From assembly GCA_045124155.1 (NCBI GenBank), contig JBGVLG010000205.1, positions 4,103-68,102 on the forward strand: a stretch of 64,000 bases of DNA, written 5' to 3'. Below, in pieces: positions 30,326 to 39,350 of this stretch. Source of the stretch: Anaeroplasma sp. Its GTDB lineage: Bacteria > Bacillota_I > Bacilli_A > Acholeplasmatales > Anaeroplasmataceae. The number at the start of each line of letters is the position of its first letter. Positions within the stretch are counted from its first letter, which is position 1. A program made the position numbers and the translations under genes. A model generated the notes under the pieces. That model was given only the letters and a program-made list of their open reading frames with translations, did no database searches and had not been told where the DNA came from.

Positions 30326-31669
30326 ATGGAACATGATTTAACAATAGGAAAGCCTTCAAAAGTATTATGGTTATTTTGTCTTCCGTTATTTGGAAGTATT
30401 ATTTTTCAGCAATTATATAACATAGCAGATAGCCTTGTTGCTGGAAAATTTATAGGTGAAGAGGCTTTAGCAGCTGTAGGCAATGGCTATGAAATCACAC
30501 TTATTTTTTTAGCATTTGCATTTGGCTGTAATATAGGCTGTTCTGTAGTAAGCTCAAGATTATATGGAGAAAAAAAATATAATGACGTTAAGAGTTGTAT
30601 TTCTACAGCATTTATTTCTACAATTATAATCAGTATAATTTTATCTGTATTGGGGTATTTTTTTTCAAAGCCATTATTAAAAATAATTAATACTCCAGAT
30701 AACATAATGGAAGAATCTTCATTATATCTAGATATTTATATTTATGGTTTAATATTCGTATTTATATATAATGTATCAACTGGTATATTTTCATCACTTG
30801 GGGATTCAAAAACTCCATTTATTTTTTTAGCTCTATCATCTATTTCCAATATTTTTGTAGATATACTTTTTGTTACTATATTTAATATGGGAATAGCAGG
30901 GGTTGCTTGGGCAACTTTCATTTGCCAGGCAATTAGTGCTATTCTAGCATTTATAATTGTAATAAAAAAAATAAATCAATTGCCAAAAGTGGAGGATAAA
31001 TATAAATTTTTTTCTATTCAACTTCTTAAAAAAATGGCAATCATTGCAATACCATCAACAATTCAACAAAGTTTTATTTCGGTAGGTAATATTTTAATTC
31101 AGGGAATTATTAATTCCTTTGGTTCTTCTGCAATTGCTGGATATAGTGCAGCTGTTAAACTTAATAATCTTATGATAACATCATTAACTACAGTAGGAAA
31201 CGGATTATCAAATTATACAGCTCAAAATTTAGGTAGCTCAAAAATCAATAGAATCCATGATGGTTTTAAGGCTGGCATAAAAATGGTAATAATATTATGT
31301 ATACCATTTACATTAATATATTTCTTTATAGGAAAATATTTATTATTTTTATTTATGGATTCTTCAAGTAATGATGCTTTAAATAATGGTTTAATGTTTT
31401 TGAGAATAATAAGTCCATTTTATTTTATTGTAGCTATAAAGCTTGTGGCAGATGGAATTTTAAGGGGAACATCAAATATGCTATTTTTTATGATTGCTAC
31501 ATTAACTGATTTAATTTTAAGAGTTTCATTAGCTTTTATTTTATCAAATTATTTTGGAACTAATGGTATTTGGATATCATGGCCTATAGGTTGGTTCATA
31601 TCAATGATTTTATCTGTATTATTTTATTATATAATTATGAAAAAATATAAAATGGCATCTTCAAAATAA
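30326..31669 (+). CDS. MATE-family efflux transporter
   Basis: 447 aa, about 12 TM helices. N-terminal GKPSKVLWLFCLPLFGSIIFQQLYNIADSLVAGKFIGEEALAAVG signature. Confidence 0.88.
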   Translation: MEHDLTIGKPSKVLWLFCLPLFGSIIFQQLYNIADSLVAGKFIGEEALAAVGNGYEITLIFLAFAFGCNIGCSVVSSRLYGEKKYNDVKSCISTAFISTIIISIILSVLGYFFSKPLLKIINTPDNIMEESSLYLDIYIYGLIFVFIYNVSTGIFSSLGDSKTPFIFLALSSISNIFVDILFVTIFNMGIAGVAWATFICQAISAILAFIIVIKKINQLPKVEDKYKFFSIQLLKKMAIIAIPSTIQQSFISVGNILIQGIINSFGSSAIAGYSAAVKLNNLMITSLTTVGNGLSNYTAQNLGSSKINRIHDGFKAGIKMVIILCIPFTLIYFFIGKYLLFLFMDSSSNDALNNGLMFLRIISPFYFIVAIKLVADGILRGTSNMLFFMIATLTDLILRVSLAFILSNYFGTNGIWISWPIGWFISMILSVLFYYIIMKKYKMASSK

Positions 31670-31840
31670 TATGTTATATCAATATAGGTTAAGATAAATA
31701 AAATATAGGATCAAATTTCATAATAAATAAAAATTATATTAGTAATTGCTATAATGAATAATTAGCGATATTTAATAAATATGTATGTATTTTATATTAA
31801 CTTAATAAATTGATAATATAGTTCTATTCCTATTTATCCT

Positions 31841-31884
31841 AGAAAAAAAGCATATCAAGATTTTTTGAAATTCTTAGATATGCT
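31841..31884 (-). terminator. Terminator after the HD-domain gene
   Basis: Minus strand AGCAUAUC / GAUAUGCU stem followed by UUUUUUCU. Confidence 0.6.
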
Positions 31885-31924
31885 ATAAAATAAAAGTTAA
31901 TAATAAATTTTAAGATGATATTAA

Positions 31925-32434
31925 TTATTTGATTTGATACATCTCTTCTGAAATAAATTTTCCTGTTTTAGTTTTAAATACCTTATCATATACTGATAAT
32001 ATAGAATCCTTTAACATGTTATCAGAAGTAAAATTAACTAAAAAATCAGCCTCTACTAATATTTGATAATCCATTCCATCAATATCTATATATTGGTGAT
32101 GATGAGCTACTAAATAACAAATTCTATCAATATCTTCAGTTAAAAAACCTAAATCAGTTAGCATTTTTCTTGCGAGAGGTTCCCCTTCTAACTCTTGATA
32201 GCTTCCATTTGTACTATTGTATTTTGCGATAGCTGCTTTAATTCCAATATCATGAACATAGCTTGCTGCTTCTAGAATAAAAAGTGTATGTTTATCTACT
32301 CCTTCTTCTTCGGCAATTAATTTTGCAAGAGCGTGAACACTAATAAAATGATGAATTCTTACTGGGTCATTTTCATAATACTGAACCATTTTCATACATA
32401 GTTGATTTAATAAATTCATATAATCACCATCCAT
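31925..32434 (-). CDS. HD-domain phosphohydrolase-like protein
   Basis: 169 aa. H...HD (SYVHDIG) and later VAHHHQY metal-ligand pattern. Start could be the ATG at 32419 (MNLLNQL). Confidence 0.75.
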   Translation of the reverse strand: MDGDYMNLLNQLCMKMVQYYENDPVRIHHFISVHALAKLIAEEEGVDKHTLFILEAASYVHDIGIKAAIAKYNSTNGSYQELEGEPLARKMLTDLGFLTEDIDRICYLVAHHHQYIDIDGMDYQILVEADFLVNFTSDNMLKDSILSVYDKVFKTKTGKFISEEMYQIK

Positions 32435-32513
32435 TTTTATAATTTTATATACCTTTTATATTATTATAACAAATTTATAAAGAAAAAACATCATTTTAAA
32501 ATGATGTTTTTAG

Positions 32514-33113
32514 TTATTTTATGGCTTTTAAAATATAATAGCCTCTGTCTTTAGCTACTATTTCACAATTGCCGAATATTTCCTCAATATGAGACTTTGA
32601 AGAAGGAGCACCTTGTTTCTTTTGAATTACAACCCAAAGTTCTCCTCCATCAAGTAATTGATTATAGGCTCCATCATATATTGCAAATACTATATCCTTT
32701 CCCGCTCTAATTGGGGGATTAGTAACAATTGATGAAAATTTTATATCAAAGACTTTTTCATATAGATTGGAATTATAAGCAATAGAATTAGAATTATTCA
32801 ATTTTATATTAGATAATATTAAATTGTAGGCTCTTTCATTTATTTCACACATTATTGTTTTTTTATTATATAGTTTTGAAATAACAATTCCAATAGGACC
32901 ATAGCCCGCACCCATATCTAATATTGGGGCATCAAGTTCATTTGGAATAAATTCTTTTAATAATGCAAAAGAACCATAATCTATATAATCTTTTGAGAAT
33001 ACTCCATTATCAGTATTAAACTTAAATGAATGATTTTTAAAATTAAATATATATTGTTTAGGCTCTGATTTTATATTTTCTTGAGTTTTTGAATAATAAT
33101 GTTTATTTTCCAT
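32514..33113 (-). CDS. Class I SAM-dependent methyltransferase, MTS/YbxB (RsmC-like) type
   Basis: SAM motif ILDMGAGYGPIG and VTNPPIRAGK. Sits directly after rplL, as ybxB does in B. subtilis. Start trimmed to the ATG at 33113 because the upstream TTG lies inside the rplL terminator stem. Confidence 0.8.
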   Translation of the reverse strand: MENKHYYSKTQENIKSEPKQYIFNFKNHSFKFNTDNGVFSKDYIDYGSFALLKEFIPNELDAPILDMGAGYGPIGIVISKLYNKKTIMCEINERAYNLILSNIKLNNSNSIAYNSNLYEKVFDIKFSSIVTNPPIRAGKDIVFAIYDGAYNQLLDGGELWVVIQKKQGAPSSKSHIEEIFGNCEIVAKDRGYYILKAIK

Positions 33114-33123
33114 AATAGTAATT

Positions 33124-33151
33124 AAAAAGGGCTTAAGCAATGCTTAAACCC
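33124..33151 (-). terminator. Terminator after rplL
   Basis: Minus strand GGGUUUAAGC-AUU-GCUUAAGCCC (10 bp including one G-U) followed by UUUUUAAUU. Confidence 0.75.
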
Positions 33152-33173
33152 TAAATATTAATTTAAGTTAAAA

Positions 33174-33551
33174 TTACTTAATTTCAACAGTTGCACCAGC
33201 AGCTTCTAACTTAGCCTTTAATTCTTCAGCTTCAGCCTTAGAAACCTTTTCCTTAACAGGCTTTGGAGCACCATCAACAACTTCCTTAGATTCCTTTAAT
33301 CCTAAACCAGTAACTTCCTTAACAACCTTGATAACACCAAGCTTTGCAGCACCAGCATTAGTTAAGATTACATCGAATTCAGTTTGCTCTTGAGCAGCAG
33401 CACCAGCACCAGCACCTTGAGCAGGAGCAGCAGCAACTGCAGTTGGATCAATACCGAATTCCTCCTTCATAGCGTCTACTAATTCTTTAATTTCAAGAAT
33501 AGTCATTTCCTTTAATGATGCAATAAATTCATCCTTATTTAACTTAGCCAT
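33174..33551 (-). CDS. rplL: 50S ribosomal protein L7/L12
   Basis: 125 aa. Ala-rich hinge and C-terminal [23 protein letters not shown]...EAAGATVE. Confidence 0.97.
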   Translation of the reverse strand: MAKLNKDEFIASLKEMTILEIKELVDAMKEEFGIDPTAVAAAPAQGAGAGAAAQEQTEFDVILTNAGAAKLGVIKVVKEVTGLGLKESKEVVDGAPKPVKEKVSKAEAEELKAKLEAAGATVEIK

Positions 33552-33592
33552 TTTATTTATCCTCCATTATATATTTTTTTTAATTTAAATTA

Positions 33593-34093
33593 TTAGGCTT
33601 CTTGTCCTTTTTCAACTAACATATTTAAGCCGATAGATAATTGACTTAATGTTCCTAACATACCAGCAGCTAGTTGAGTTAATAATGTTTCGTATGATGG
33701 TAATTGTGATAATGTCTTTACTTGATCATAGCTATAAACATCACCATCAACAACACCCTTTACTACTTCGATCATCTTACAATCTTCTTCAGCAGCAACT
33801 TGGAATAAAATCTTTGCTGGAGCAACTACATCTGTAGCAGCGAAAGCAACAGCAACTGGGCCACTGAATGCGTCTGTAACATCATCATATCCACATGCTT
33901 TAGCAGCACGTGATGCAATGTTGTTCTTTATTACAGCAACATCACAACCATTTTCACGCATTGATTTACGTAGCTTTTGGAAAGATTTAACTGTTAAACC
34001 TTGATACTTAAATACAATAAGAGCAGCTGAATTCTTCATTTTTTCAGCAACTTGTGCTACTTCATTCTCTTTGCATTTAATGATTTCCTTCAT
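33593..34093 (-). CDS. rplJ: 50S ribosomal protein L10
   Basis: Start trimmed to the ATG at 34093 (MKEIIKCKENEV...), 7 nt after GGAGG. The 15 upstream codons of the track ORF lie in the leader hairpin. Confidence 0.95.
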   Translation of the reverse strand: MKEIIKCKENEVAQVAEKMKNSAALIVFKYQGLTVKSFQKLRKSMRENGCDVAVIKNNIASRAAKACGYDDVTDAFSGPVAVAFAATDVVAPAKILFQVAAEEDCKMIEVVKGVVDGDVYSYDQVKTLSQLPSYETLLTQLAAGMLGTLSQLSIGLNMLVEKGQEA

Positions 34094-34114
34094 TCTTACA
34101 CCTCCATTTAGTTT

Positions 34115-34151
34115 AAATGAAAAATCTTCTTCTACCAAGGTAAAAGAAGAT
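34115..34151 (-). terminator. Leader attenuator hairpin upstream of rplJ
   Basis: Minus strand AUCUUCUUUUACC / GGUAGAAGAAGAU (one G-U or mismatch) followed by UUUUCAUUU, about 20 nt before the rplJ RBS. Confidence 0.55.
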
Positions 34152-34154
34152 TAA

Positions 34155-34215
34155 TACTTCAATGTTCCTCGGTAGGAGATTAAGGGCTTATGCCCGCCTA
34201 CTGTCTTCGGCAATA
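34155..34215 (-). promoter_or_regulatory. Candidate ribosomal protein L10 leader (L10-L12 binding element)
   Basis: Minus strand GCCGAAGACAGUAGGCGGGCAUAAGCCCUUAAUCUCCUACCGAGGAAC. It has a GUAGG/CCUAC outer helix enclosing a GGGC-AUAA-GCCC hairpin. It is unusually GC-rich for this genome and sits where Bacillota carry the L10 leader. Confidence 0.5.
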
Positions 34216-34219
34216 TTTT

Positions 34220-34915
34220 TTACTTTTTACTAATAGAATCAGCGTCAACCTTAACGCCAGGTCCCATTGTAGCTGCTACGCTAACATTCTTAACATAGCC
34301 ACCCTTAATAGTTGAAGGGCGTACCTTTAATAGAGCATCATAAACTACTCTTAGGTTTTCTAATAACTTTTCAGGTCCAAATGATACCTTACCGATAGTC
34401 ATTTGAATGTTACCTACCTTATCTGGACGGTATTCAACCTTACCAGCTTTAATTTCTTTTACTGCTTTTGCAACGTCCATTGTTACAGTACCAGTCTTAG
34501 GGTTTGGCATTAATCCCTTAGGACCTAAAACACGTCCTAAACGTCCTAATTGACCCATCATATCTGGTGTAGCAACGATAACGTCAAATTCGAACCAGCC
34601 TTGGCTAATCTTGTTGATCATTTCTGCTTCGCCTACATAATCAGCACCAGCCTCTAAAGCTTCTTGTTGCTTTGCACCACGGCAAAGTACTAAAACCTTA
34701 CGAGTCTTACCAGTACCATTAGGTAATACGATTGCACCACGAATATTTTGTTCAGCTTTACGTGGGTCAATATTTAAGCGGAATGCAACATCAACAGATG
34801 CATCAAACTTAGCTGTAGAAGTCTTACATGCTAATCCTAAAGCTTCTAATGCTGGATAAGCTTTTGTATTATCTACAAGCTTTGCTGCTTCAATGTACTT
34901 CTTTCCTCTCTTCAT
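34220..34915 (-). CDS. rplA: 50S ribosomal protein L1
   Basis: 231 aa. KRGKKY..., [12 protein letters not shown] and [15 protein letters not shown] motifs. Confidence 0.97.
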   Translation of the reverse strand: MKRGKKYIEAAKLVDNTKAYPALEALGLACKTSTAKFDASVDVAFRLNIDPRKAEQNIRGAIVLPNGTGKTRKVLVLCRGAKQQEALEAGADYVGEAEMINKISQGWFEFDVIVATPDMMGQLGRLGRVLGPKGLMPNPKTGTVTMDVAKAVKEIKAGKVEYRPDKVGNIQMTIGKVSFGPEKLLENLRVVYDALLKVRPSTIKGGYVKNVSVAATMGPGVKVDADSISKK

Positions 34916-34931
34916 ATTTATCCTCCTAAAA

Positions 34932-34958
34932 TGTGGTCAAGCGGGATTTCCTCCCACA
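34932..34958 (-). promoter_or_regulatory. Candidate L1-binding mRNA motif, copy 2 (before rplA)
   Basis: Minus strand UGUGGGAGGAAAUCCCGCUUGACCACA. It abuts the rplA Shine-Dalgarno and shares GUGGGAGGA...UUGA(A)CCAC with the copy at 35439-35472. Confidence 0.45.
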
Positions 34959-34987
34959 AGTTTTAGGCTGTTAATAACAACCAATAA

Positions 34988-35413
34988 TTAGCCTTCTACT
35001 ACGATGCCCATGTTTCTAGCAGAGCCACAAATAATGTTTGTAGCAGCTTCAATATCATTTGCATTTAAGTCTGGCATCTTCATTTCTGCGATCTCTCTAG
35101 CTTGAGCTCTAGTGATCTTTGCAACAGTATGCTTCTTAGAATTTTCAGAACCCTTTTGAATTCCAGCAGCCTTCTTTAATAAATCAGAAGCTGGTGGAGT
35201 ATGTACAACAAATGTAAATGAACGGTCCTCATAAACTGAGATAACTACTGGCAATGTATATCCCATCTTATCTTTTGTAGCTTCATTGAATTGAGAACAA
35301 AATCCTGGAATATTTACTCCTGCTTGTCCTAGTGCTGGACCTACTGGTGGAGCTGGATTAGCTTTGCCGGCTGCAATTTGTAATTTAACTACTTTTACAA
35401 CTTTCTTTGCCAT
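34988..35413 (-). CDS. rplK: 50S ribosomal protein L11
   Basis: 141 aa. [26 protein letters not shown] signature. Confidence 0.97.
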   Translation of the reverse strand: MAKKVVKVVKLQIAAGKANPAPPVGPALGQAGVNIPGFCSQFNEATKDKMGYTLPVVISVYEDRSFTFVVHTPPASDLLKKAAGIQKGSENSKKHTVAKITRAQAREIAEMKMPDLNANDIEAATNIICGSARNMGIVVEG

Positions 35414-35438
35414 ATTTATTTCCTCCTTCTTTCAATGA

Positions 35439-35472
35439 TGTGGTTCAACAGACTAGATATAGTCCTCCCACT
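35439..35472 (-). promoter_or_regulatory. Candidate L1-binding mRNA motif, copy 1 (rplK leader)
   Basis: Minus strand AGUGGGAGGACUAUAUCUAGUCUGUUGAACCACA: GUGG/CCAC closing helix and an internal GACUA-UAUC-UAGUC hairpin. About 10 nt upstream of the rplK SD. Confidence 0.45.
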
Positions 35473-35504
35473 CAATATACATGCACACATACGTATGCTT
35501 TTAT

Positions 35505-35533
35505 ATTATATCAAACCAAAATACTATAGTCAA
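35505..35533 (-). promoter_or_regulatory. Promoter of the rplKA(JL) cluster
   Basis: Minus strand TTGACT - 17 nt - TATAAT, a near-consensus sigma-A promoter about 90 nt upstream of rplK. Confidence 0.6.
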
Positions 35534-35581
35534 ATGTTTTTTTTAAAATATTTTTTGTCACTAAGACCACCTCAATAAATA

Positions 35582-35611
35582 CTGAAAAAGGCGACAAATA
35601 AATGCCACCTT
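35582..35611 (-). terminator. Terminator after the pullulanase gene
   Basis: Minus strand AAGGUGGC / GUCGCCUU (two G-U pairs) followed by UUUCAG. Short U tract. Confidence 0.55.
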
Positions 35612-35622
35612 AAATAGTTATT

Positions 35623-38283
35623 TTATAAATTTTTATAAGCTATTATTGTTTGATAGCTAGCAATATTAGTTGCAGCTGATAATACAAAGCCATCAAGATT
35701 TAAAGTATCTAAATATAAGGTATATCCAGATAAATCTACAACCTTAGATGAATTTACTCCATTACTATGTACTATCCTATAGCTAACATTATTTACAGTA
35801 TCAATAACATCATAGTATATTAAGCTTCCATCAGAATTAGTATTGATTGTGATATTTTTAATATCTTGAGAATTCTTACCAAATAAAGCACTATTTTGCT
35901 TTAATGAAATTAGCTTTTGATAATTTTTAAACATATCTAAATTATCAACCTTTAATTCATAATTTAATTCATTAATCTCATAAGATGATTGATAAGAATT
36001 TCCTTCTCCACCCTTAGTTCTTAGGAATTCCTCTCCTGCAAGCATAAAGGTTATACCTTGTGAGGTAAATACTACAGAATTTGCAAGCATAGCCATTTTT
36101 TTAGCAATAGCCTCATCCTCTATTCCTGATTTCAATATTCTATCATAAAGAGTGTAATTATCATGACAGGTTACATAATTAACTGTTTTATTAGGATCAG
36201 TTTCTGTATTATTTATTTTACCAGAAATTCCTAGCTTAATTTCACTAACATCTGATGCTGCAACCTCAACATTATTAGTTACCCAGCCTTGACTAGAAAT
36301 AGCATTTAAGCCACCCTTAATTAAAGCATCACGCATCTTGTCATTGAAGCAGCCATAGCCCTCAAATTTTGATAAAGCACTTTGATTTGCAGCAGTATAT
36401 CCAGAACCTAACGCAATTGAACCTCCTGCCCATGGCTCTCCATAAATAGTAATTGATGAATTAACATTATCATGGATATTCTTAGCTAATTGATTCATTG
36501 TTTCAACATCATGTACACCCATTAAATCAAAACGGAAGCCACCAAGCTTATATTCACTAGCCCAGAATTCAGTTGAATCTATCATAAATTTTCTATACAT
36601 AGGAAGCTCAGATGCTGTTTCATTTCCACAGCCAGAACCATTAGAAGGCTCCTCACCAACATATCTAAAGTAATATTGTGGTACTAATACATTAAAGCTT
36701 GAAGCATTTAAATCATTAACATGGTTATAGACAACATCCATAATAATATTAATACCTGCCTCATTATAAGCCTTAACAAGCTCCTTAAATTCAATAATCT
36801 TAGCATAGCCATCCTCAGGATTACTAGAATAGCAACCCTCAAGTGAATTATAATTTTGAGGATTATAGCCCCAATTAAACTTAACCTCTTCAGCTCTTTC
36901 ATCATTAGCTTGGTCGAAGAAAGGTAAAATTTGAACTGCGTTAACACCAAGCTCCTTTATATGATCAAAACCAGTTGAAACAGTTACACCATTCTTTGTA
37001 TAGGTTGTGCCAGACTCATAAAAACCCTTATAAAGCTTAGCATTTTCCTTTGTACCACCCCAGGTGCTACTACTAGTTAAATCTGCAATATGAGTTTCAT
37101 AAACTGTTAATGAAGTAGAAGGAATCTCATGAATACTGATAGAATCCCATCCCTCTGGATTAGTTTTTTCAAAATCAACAATCATTCCTCTAATACCATT
37201 TAAGCCTGTAGATTTTGCATATGGATCTACAACCTCTTTATCTGTGCTTGTTGAATTAGTTACTGCATAGGTATAATATTTACCCTCAAAATCTCCAGCA
37301 AGCTCACATTCCCAAAGTCCCTTTACTCCCTTAACCATTGAATATTCAGTATATTGATCACTACCACCAAATTCCTTTGGAGTACCAGTATCATAAATTC
37401 TAAGCTTTATATTCTTTGCCACAGGAGACCAAACCTTAAATGTCGTATTTATTTTAGAATAAATTGCACCTAACTCTCCATCATATTGATATAGCTCATT
37501 AAAGGCATCCATTTGATATACAGCTCCAACATCAGCAACCTTTGATAGAGCTTCACCACTTTCAGCAAAAACTACATTTAAAATATAATCATTAGATAGA
37601 TCAGGCAATTCATTTTTAAAGCTATATTCGATTATTTTATTAGATTTCATAATAACCTTTAAATCAGAATCCATTGTCTCATTTGATACTAAAACATTAT
37701 CACCATGTTTAATTTCAAAGCTAGAATATGGATTATTCAATCTAAATCTTAAATATAAAATATCTCCAGATTTGCTATAAATAAATTTAAAGCTCTCAAT
37801 TAAATCAGCAACCTTACCATCACCATTTAAATAAATATTAGAATCCCCAGTTTTTAAATAGATATTATAATATCCATTTGAATCTAATTCTAAGGTAGCA
37901 AAATTCATAAATCGATCTGATTCTACATCCTTAATCCAATCAGAAAGCTGTCTAACAATAAACCCAACCTTCTTGCTTTGAGTTCCAGCAGGAAAATCAC
38001 TAAATTTAAAGGAAGCAATAGCTCCATAGCTATCAGTTGAAGTAAATTCATAAAGCTTTCCTTCACTTCCATCAGCCCATACCCATAATCCCCAGGTACT
38101 ATAATCATTATCCTTACGATAATAATGAATATTGAAGCCTATTGCATCACCTTCATAAGGTGGCATTGGGGTACTACTGGTCTTATTACTTTCTGATGTA
38201 GTTAAATTTGATGTTCCATCTGTACAGCTAATTAAACTAAAAAATAAAGTAAAAATAAATAAAAAAGATAATATTTTCTTCAT
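35623..38283 (-). CDS. Type I pullulanase (GH13), surface lipoprotein
   Basis: 886 aa. Lipobox FFSLIS-C-TDG. GH13 regions MDVVYNHV, GGFRFDLMG, YGEPW and VTCHDN, plus the pullulanase FNWGYNP motif. Confidence 0.9.
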   Translation of the reverse strand: MKKILSFLFIFTLFFSLISCTDGTSNLTTSESNKTSSTPMPPYEGDAIGFNIHYYRKDNDYSTWGLWVWADGSEGKLYEFTSTDSYGAIASFKFSDFPAGTQSKKVGFIVRQLSDWIKDVESDRFMNFATLELDSNGYYNIYLKTGDSNIYLNGDGKVADLIESFKFIYSKSGDILYLRFRLNNPYSSFEIKHGDNVLVSNETMDSDLKVIMKSNKIIEYSFKNELPDLSNDYILNVVFAESGEALSKVADVGAVYQMDAFNELYQYDGELGAIYSKINTTFKVWSPVAKNIKLRIYDTGTPKEFGGSDQYTEYSMVKGVKGLWECELAGDFEGKYYTYAVTNSTSTDKEVVDPYAKSTGLNGIRGMIVDFEKTNPEGWDSISIHEIPSTSLTVYETHIADLTSSSTWGGTKENAKLYKGFYESGTTYTKNGVTVSTGFDHIKELGVNAVQILPFFDQANDERAEEVKFNWGYNPQNYNSLEGCYSSNPEDGYAKIIEFKELVKAYNEAGINIIMDVVYNHVNDLNASSFNVLVPQYYFRYVGEEPSNGSGCGNETASELPMYRKFMIDSTEFWASEYKLGGFRFDLMGVHDVETMNQLAKNIHDNVNSSITIYGEPWAGGSIALGSGYTAANQSALSKFEGYGCFNDKMRDALIKGGLNAISSQGWVTNNVEVAASDVSEIKLGISGKINNTETDPNKTVNYVTCHDNYTLYDRILKSGIEDEAIAKKMAMLANSVVFTSQGITFMLAGEEFLRTKGGEGNSYQSSYEINELNYELKVDNLDMFKNYQKLISLKQNSALFGKNSQDIKNITINTNSDGSLIYYDVIDTVNNVSYRIVHSNGVNSSKVVDLSGYTLYLDTLNLDGFVLSAATNIASYQTIIAYKNL

Positions 38284-38294
38284 ATAAAAACCTC

Positions 38295-39350
38295 CTATTC
38301 TATCTTTTTATCATTGAATTCAATTTCATCTACTGCTTTAAGTTTTTCTAAATAATCAATATCATTAATCCTTTTAAACTCCTCAGAGGAAACATATTCA
38401 TCCTCTTCAGCTTTATTTTTAAAAACTAATGATTCCTTAACTGAGCAAACCTCAATTTGTAATAAGGCTTCTTCAATAGAGGTATTATTTTTACTAAGCA
38501 TCATAATCATAACATCTAAAAATAAATATCCTATAGTAAGAATAATAATTGAATATTTATTAGCTAATAAAATTCCAATAAATGGAATAATCATCATAAT
38601 AATATTTTTTAATATATATTTATATTTAGGTATTAAATAACCATTTCTTTTATTTACACTAGTTAAGGATAGCTTCATTTCAAAGCCAACCTGGTAATAG
38701 TTATTAAATAAAGGTAATACAATATACATTGTAATAAACGCTACTAAAAAGGCTATTATTCTTGAATACATTTCATCAGCATTCTTTTCAACCTTTAATT
38801 GATAATAGGTAGTATCAAATTCCTCTAATAATGAAAATAAGCTATTATATTTATACACAAATAAATCTAATAGATTTCTTTCATAGAAATCACCATAGCC
38901 CTCTACCATAATACCAACTGCCTCAGTATTAAAGCTACCATCACTATTTTGAATATATTGATAATAATTTGTTTTGTAATTATCATGAGTAGGCTCAGAA
39001 GGTAAGCCTAAAACCGAAATATTATATATTTTTGTTATTGAGTAGCTTTTACCATAGCTTTCATAATAGTAATTACATATTTCCTCTTTAAAACGATTGA
39101 AATAAAAATCCTTTACTACCTCTTCATAATCCTGATAGGTAGCATCACTATTTAGATTTAATGAGTAGCTTGCCTCAATTTCAGATATCTTATTGTTAGT
39201 GGTATTATAATTACCACATAAGCCAAAGAAAAGATATAAAACAAGAAAATATAGAGCAATAACAGAAAGAAAAAATATAAGAAGATTTAATAAATTAGCT
39301 ATTAGTCTATGATTAATCAGAGCTCTTTGAATACGAATACTTTTATTCAT
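38295..39350 (-). CDS. Membrane protein, degenerate RDD-like paralogue with a large extracytoplasmic loop
   Basis: 351 aa. N-terminal R-x3-A-like helix start (HRLIANLLNLLIFF), a ~150-aa Tyr/Asn-rich loop, then 3 TM helices and an acidic tail. Same architecture as the upstream gene. Stop/start overlap at 39350. Confidence 0.55.
   Translation of the reverse strand: MNKSIRIQRALINHRLIANLLNLLIFFLSVIALYFLVLYLFFGLCGNYNTTNNKISEIEASYSLNLNSDATYQDYEEVVKDFYFNRFKEEICNYYYESYGKSYSITKIYNISVLGLPSEPTHDNYKTNYYQYIQNSDGSFNTEAVGIMVEGYGDFYERNLLDLFVYKYNSLFSLLEEFDTTYYQLKVEKNADEMYSRIIAFLVAFITMYIVLPLFNNYYQVGFEMKLSLTSVNKRNGYLIPKYKYILKNIIMMIIPFIGILLANKYSIIILTIGYLFLDVMIMMLSKNNTSIEEALLQIEVCSVKESLVFKNKAEEDEYVSSEEFKRINDIDYLEKLKAVDEIEFNDKKIE

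Noticed and set aside
34094-34138. N-terminal extensions in the supplied ORFs at alternative TTG/GTG/ATG codons: rplJ 34094-34138, fhs 15464-15493, methyltransferase 33114-33140, MalE-like 47676-47693, permease 63401-63424, metG 25372-25380 and membrane protein 20960-20998.
   Set aside because: Downstream ATGs have properly spaced GGAG-type RBS and give canonical N-termini or signal peptides. Several extensions run through terminator or leader hairpins or overlap the upstream gene.
36708-38108. Same-strand alternative-frame ORFs within the pullulanase gene (36708-36950, 37923-38108), and 42511-42765 spanning the malG-like/amylase junction.
   Set aside because: The main frame carries all GH13/permease motifs. 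The alternative frames are Leu/Ile/Met-rich noise without starts or RBS.
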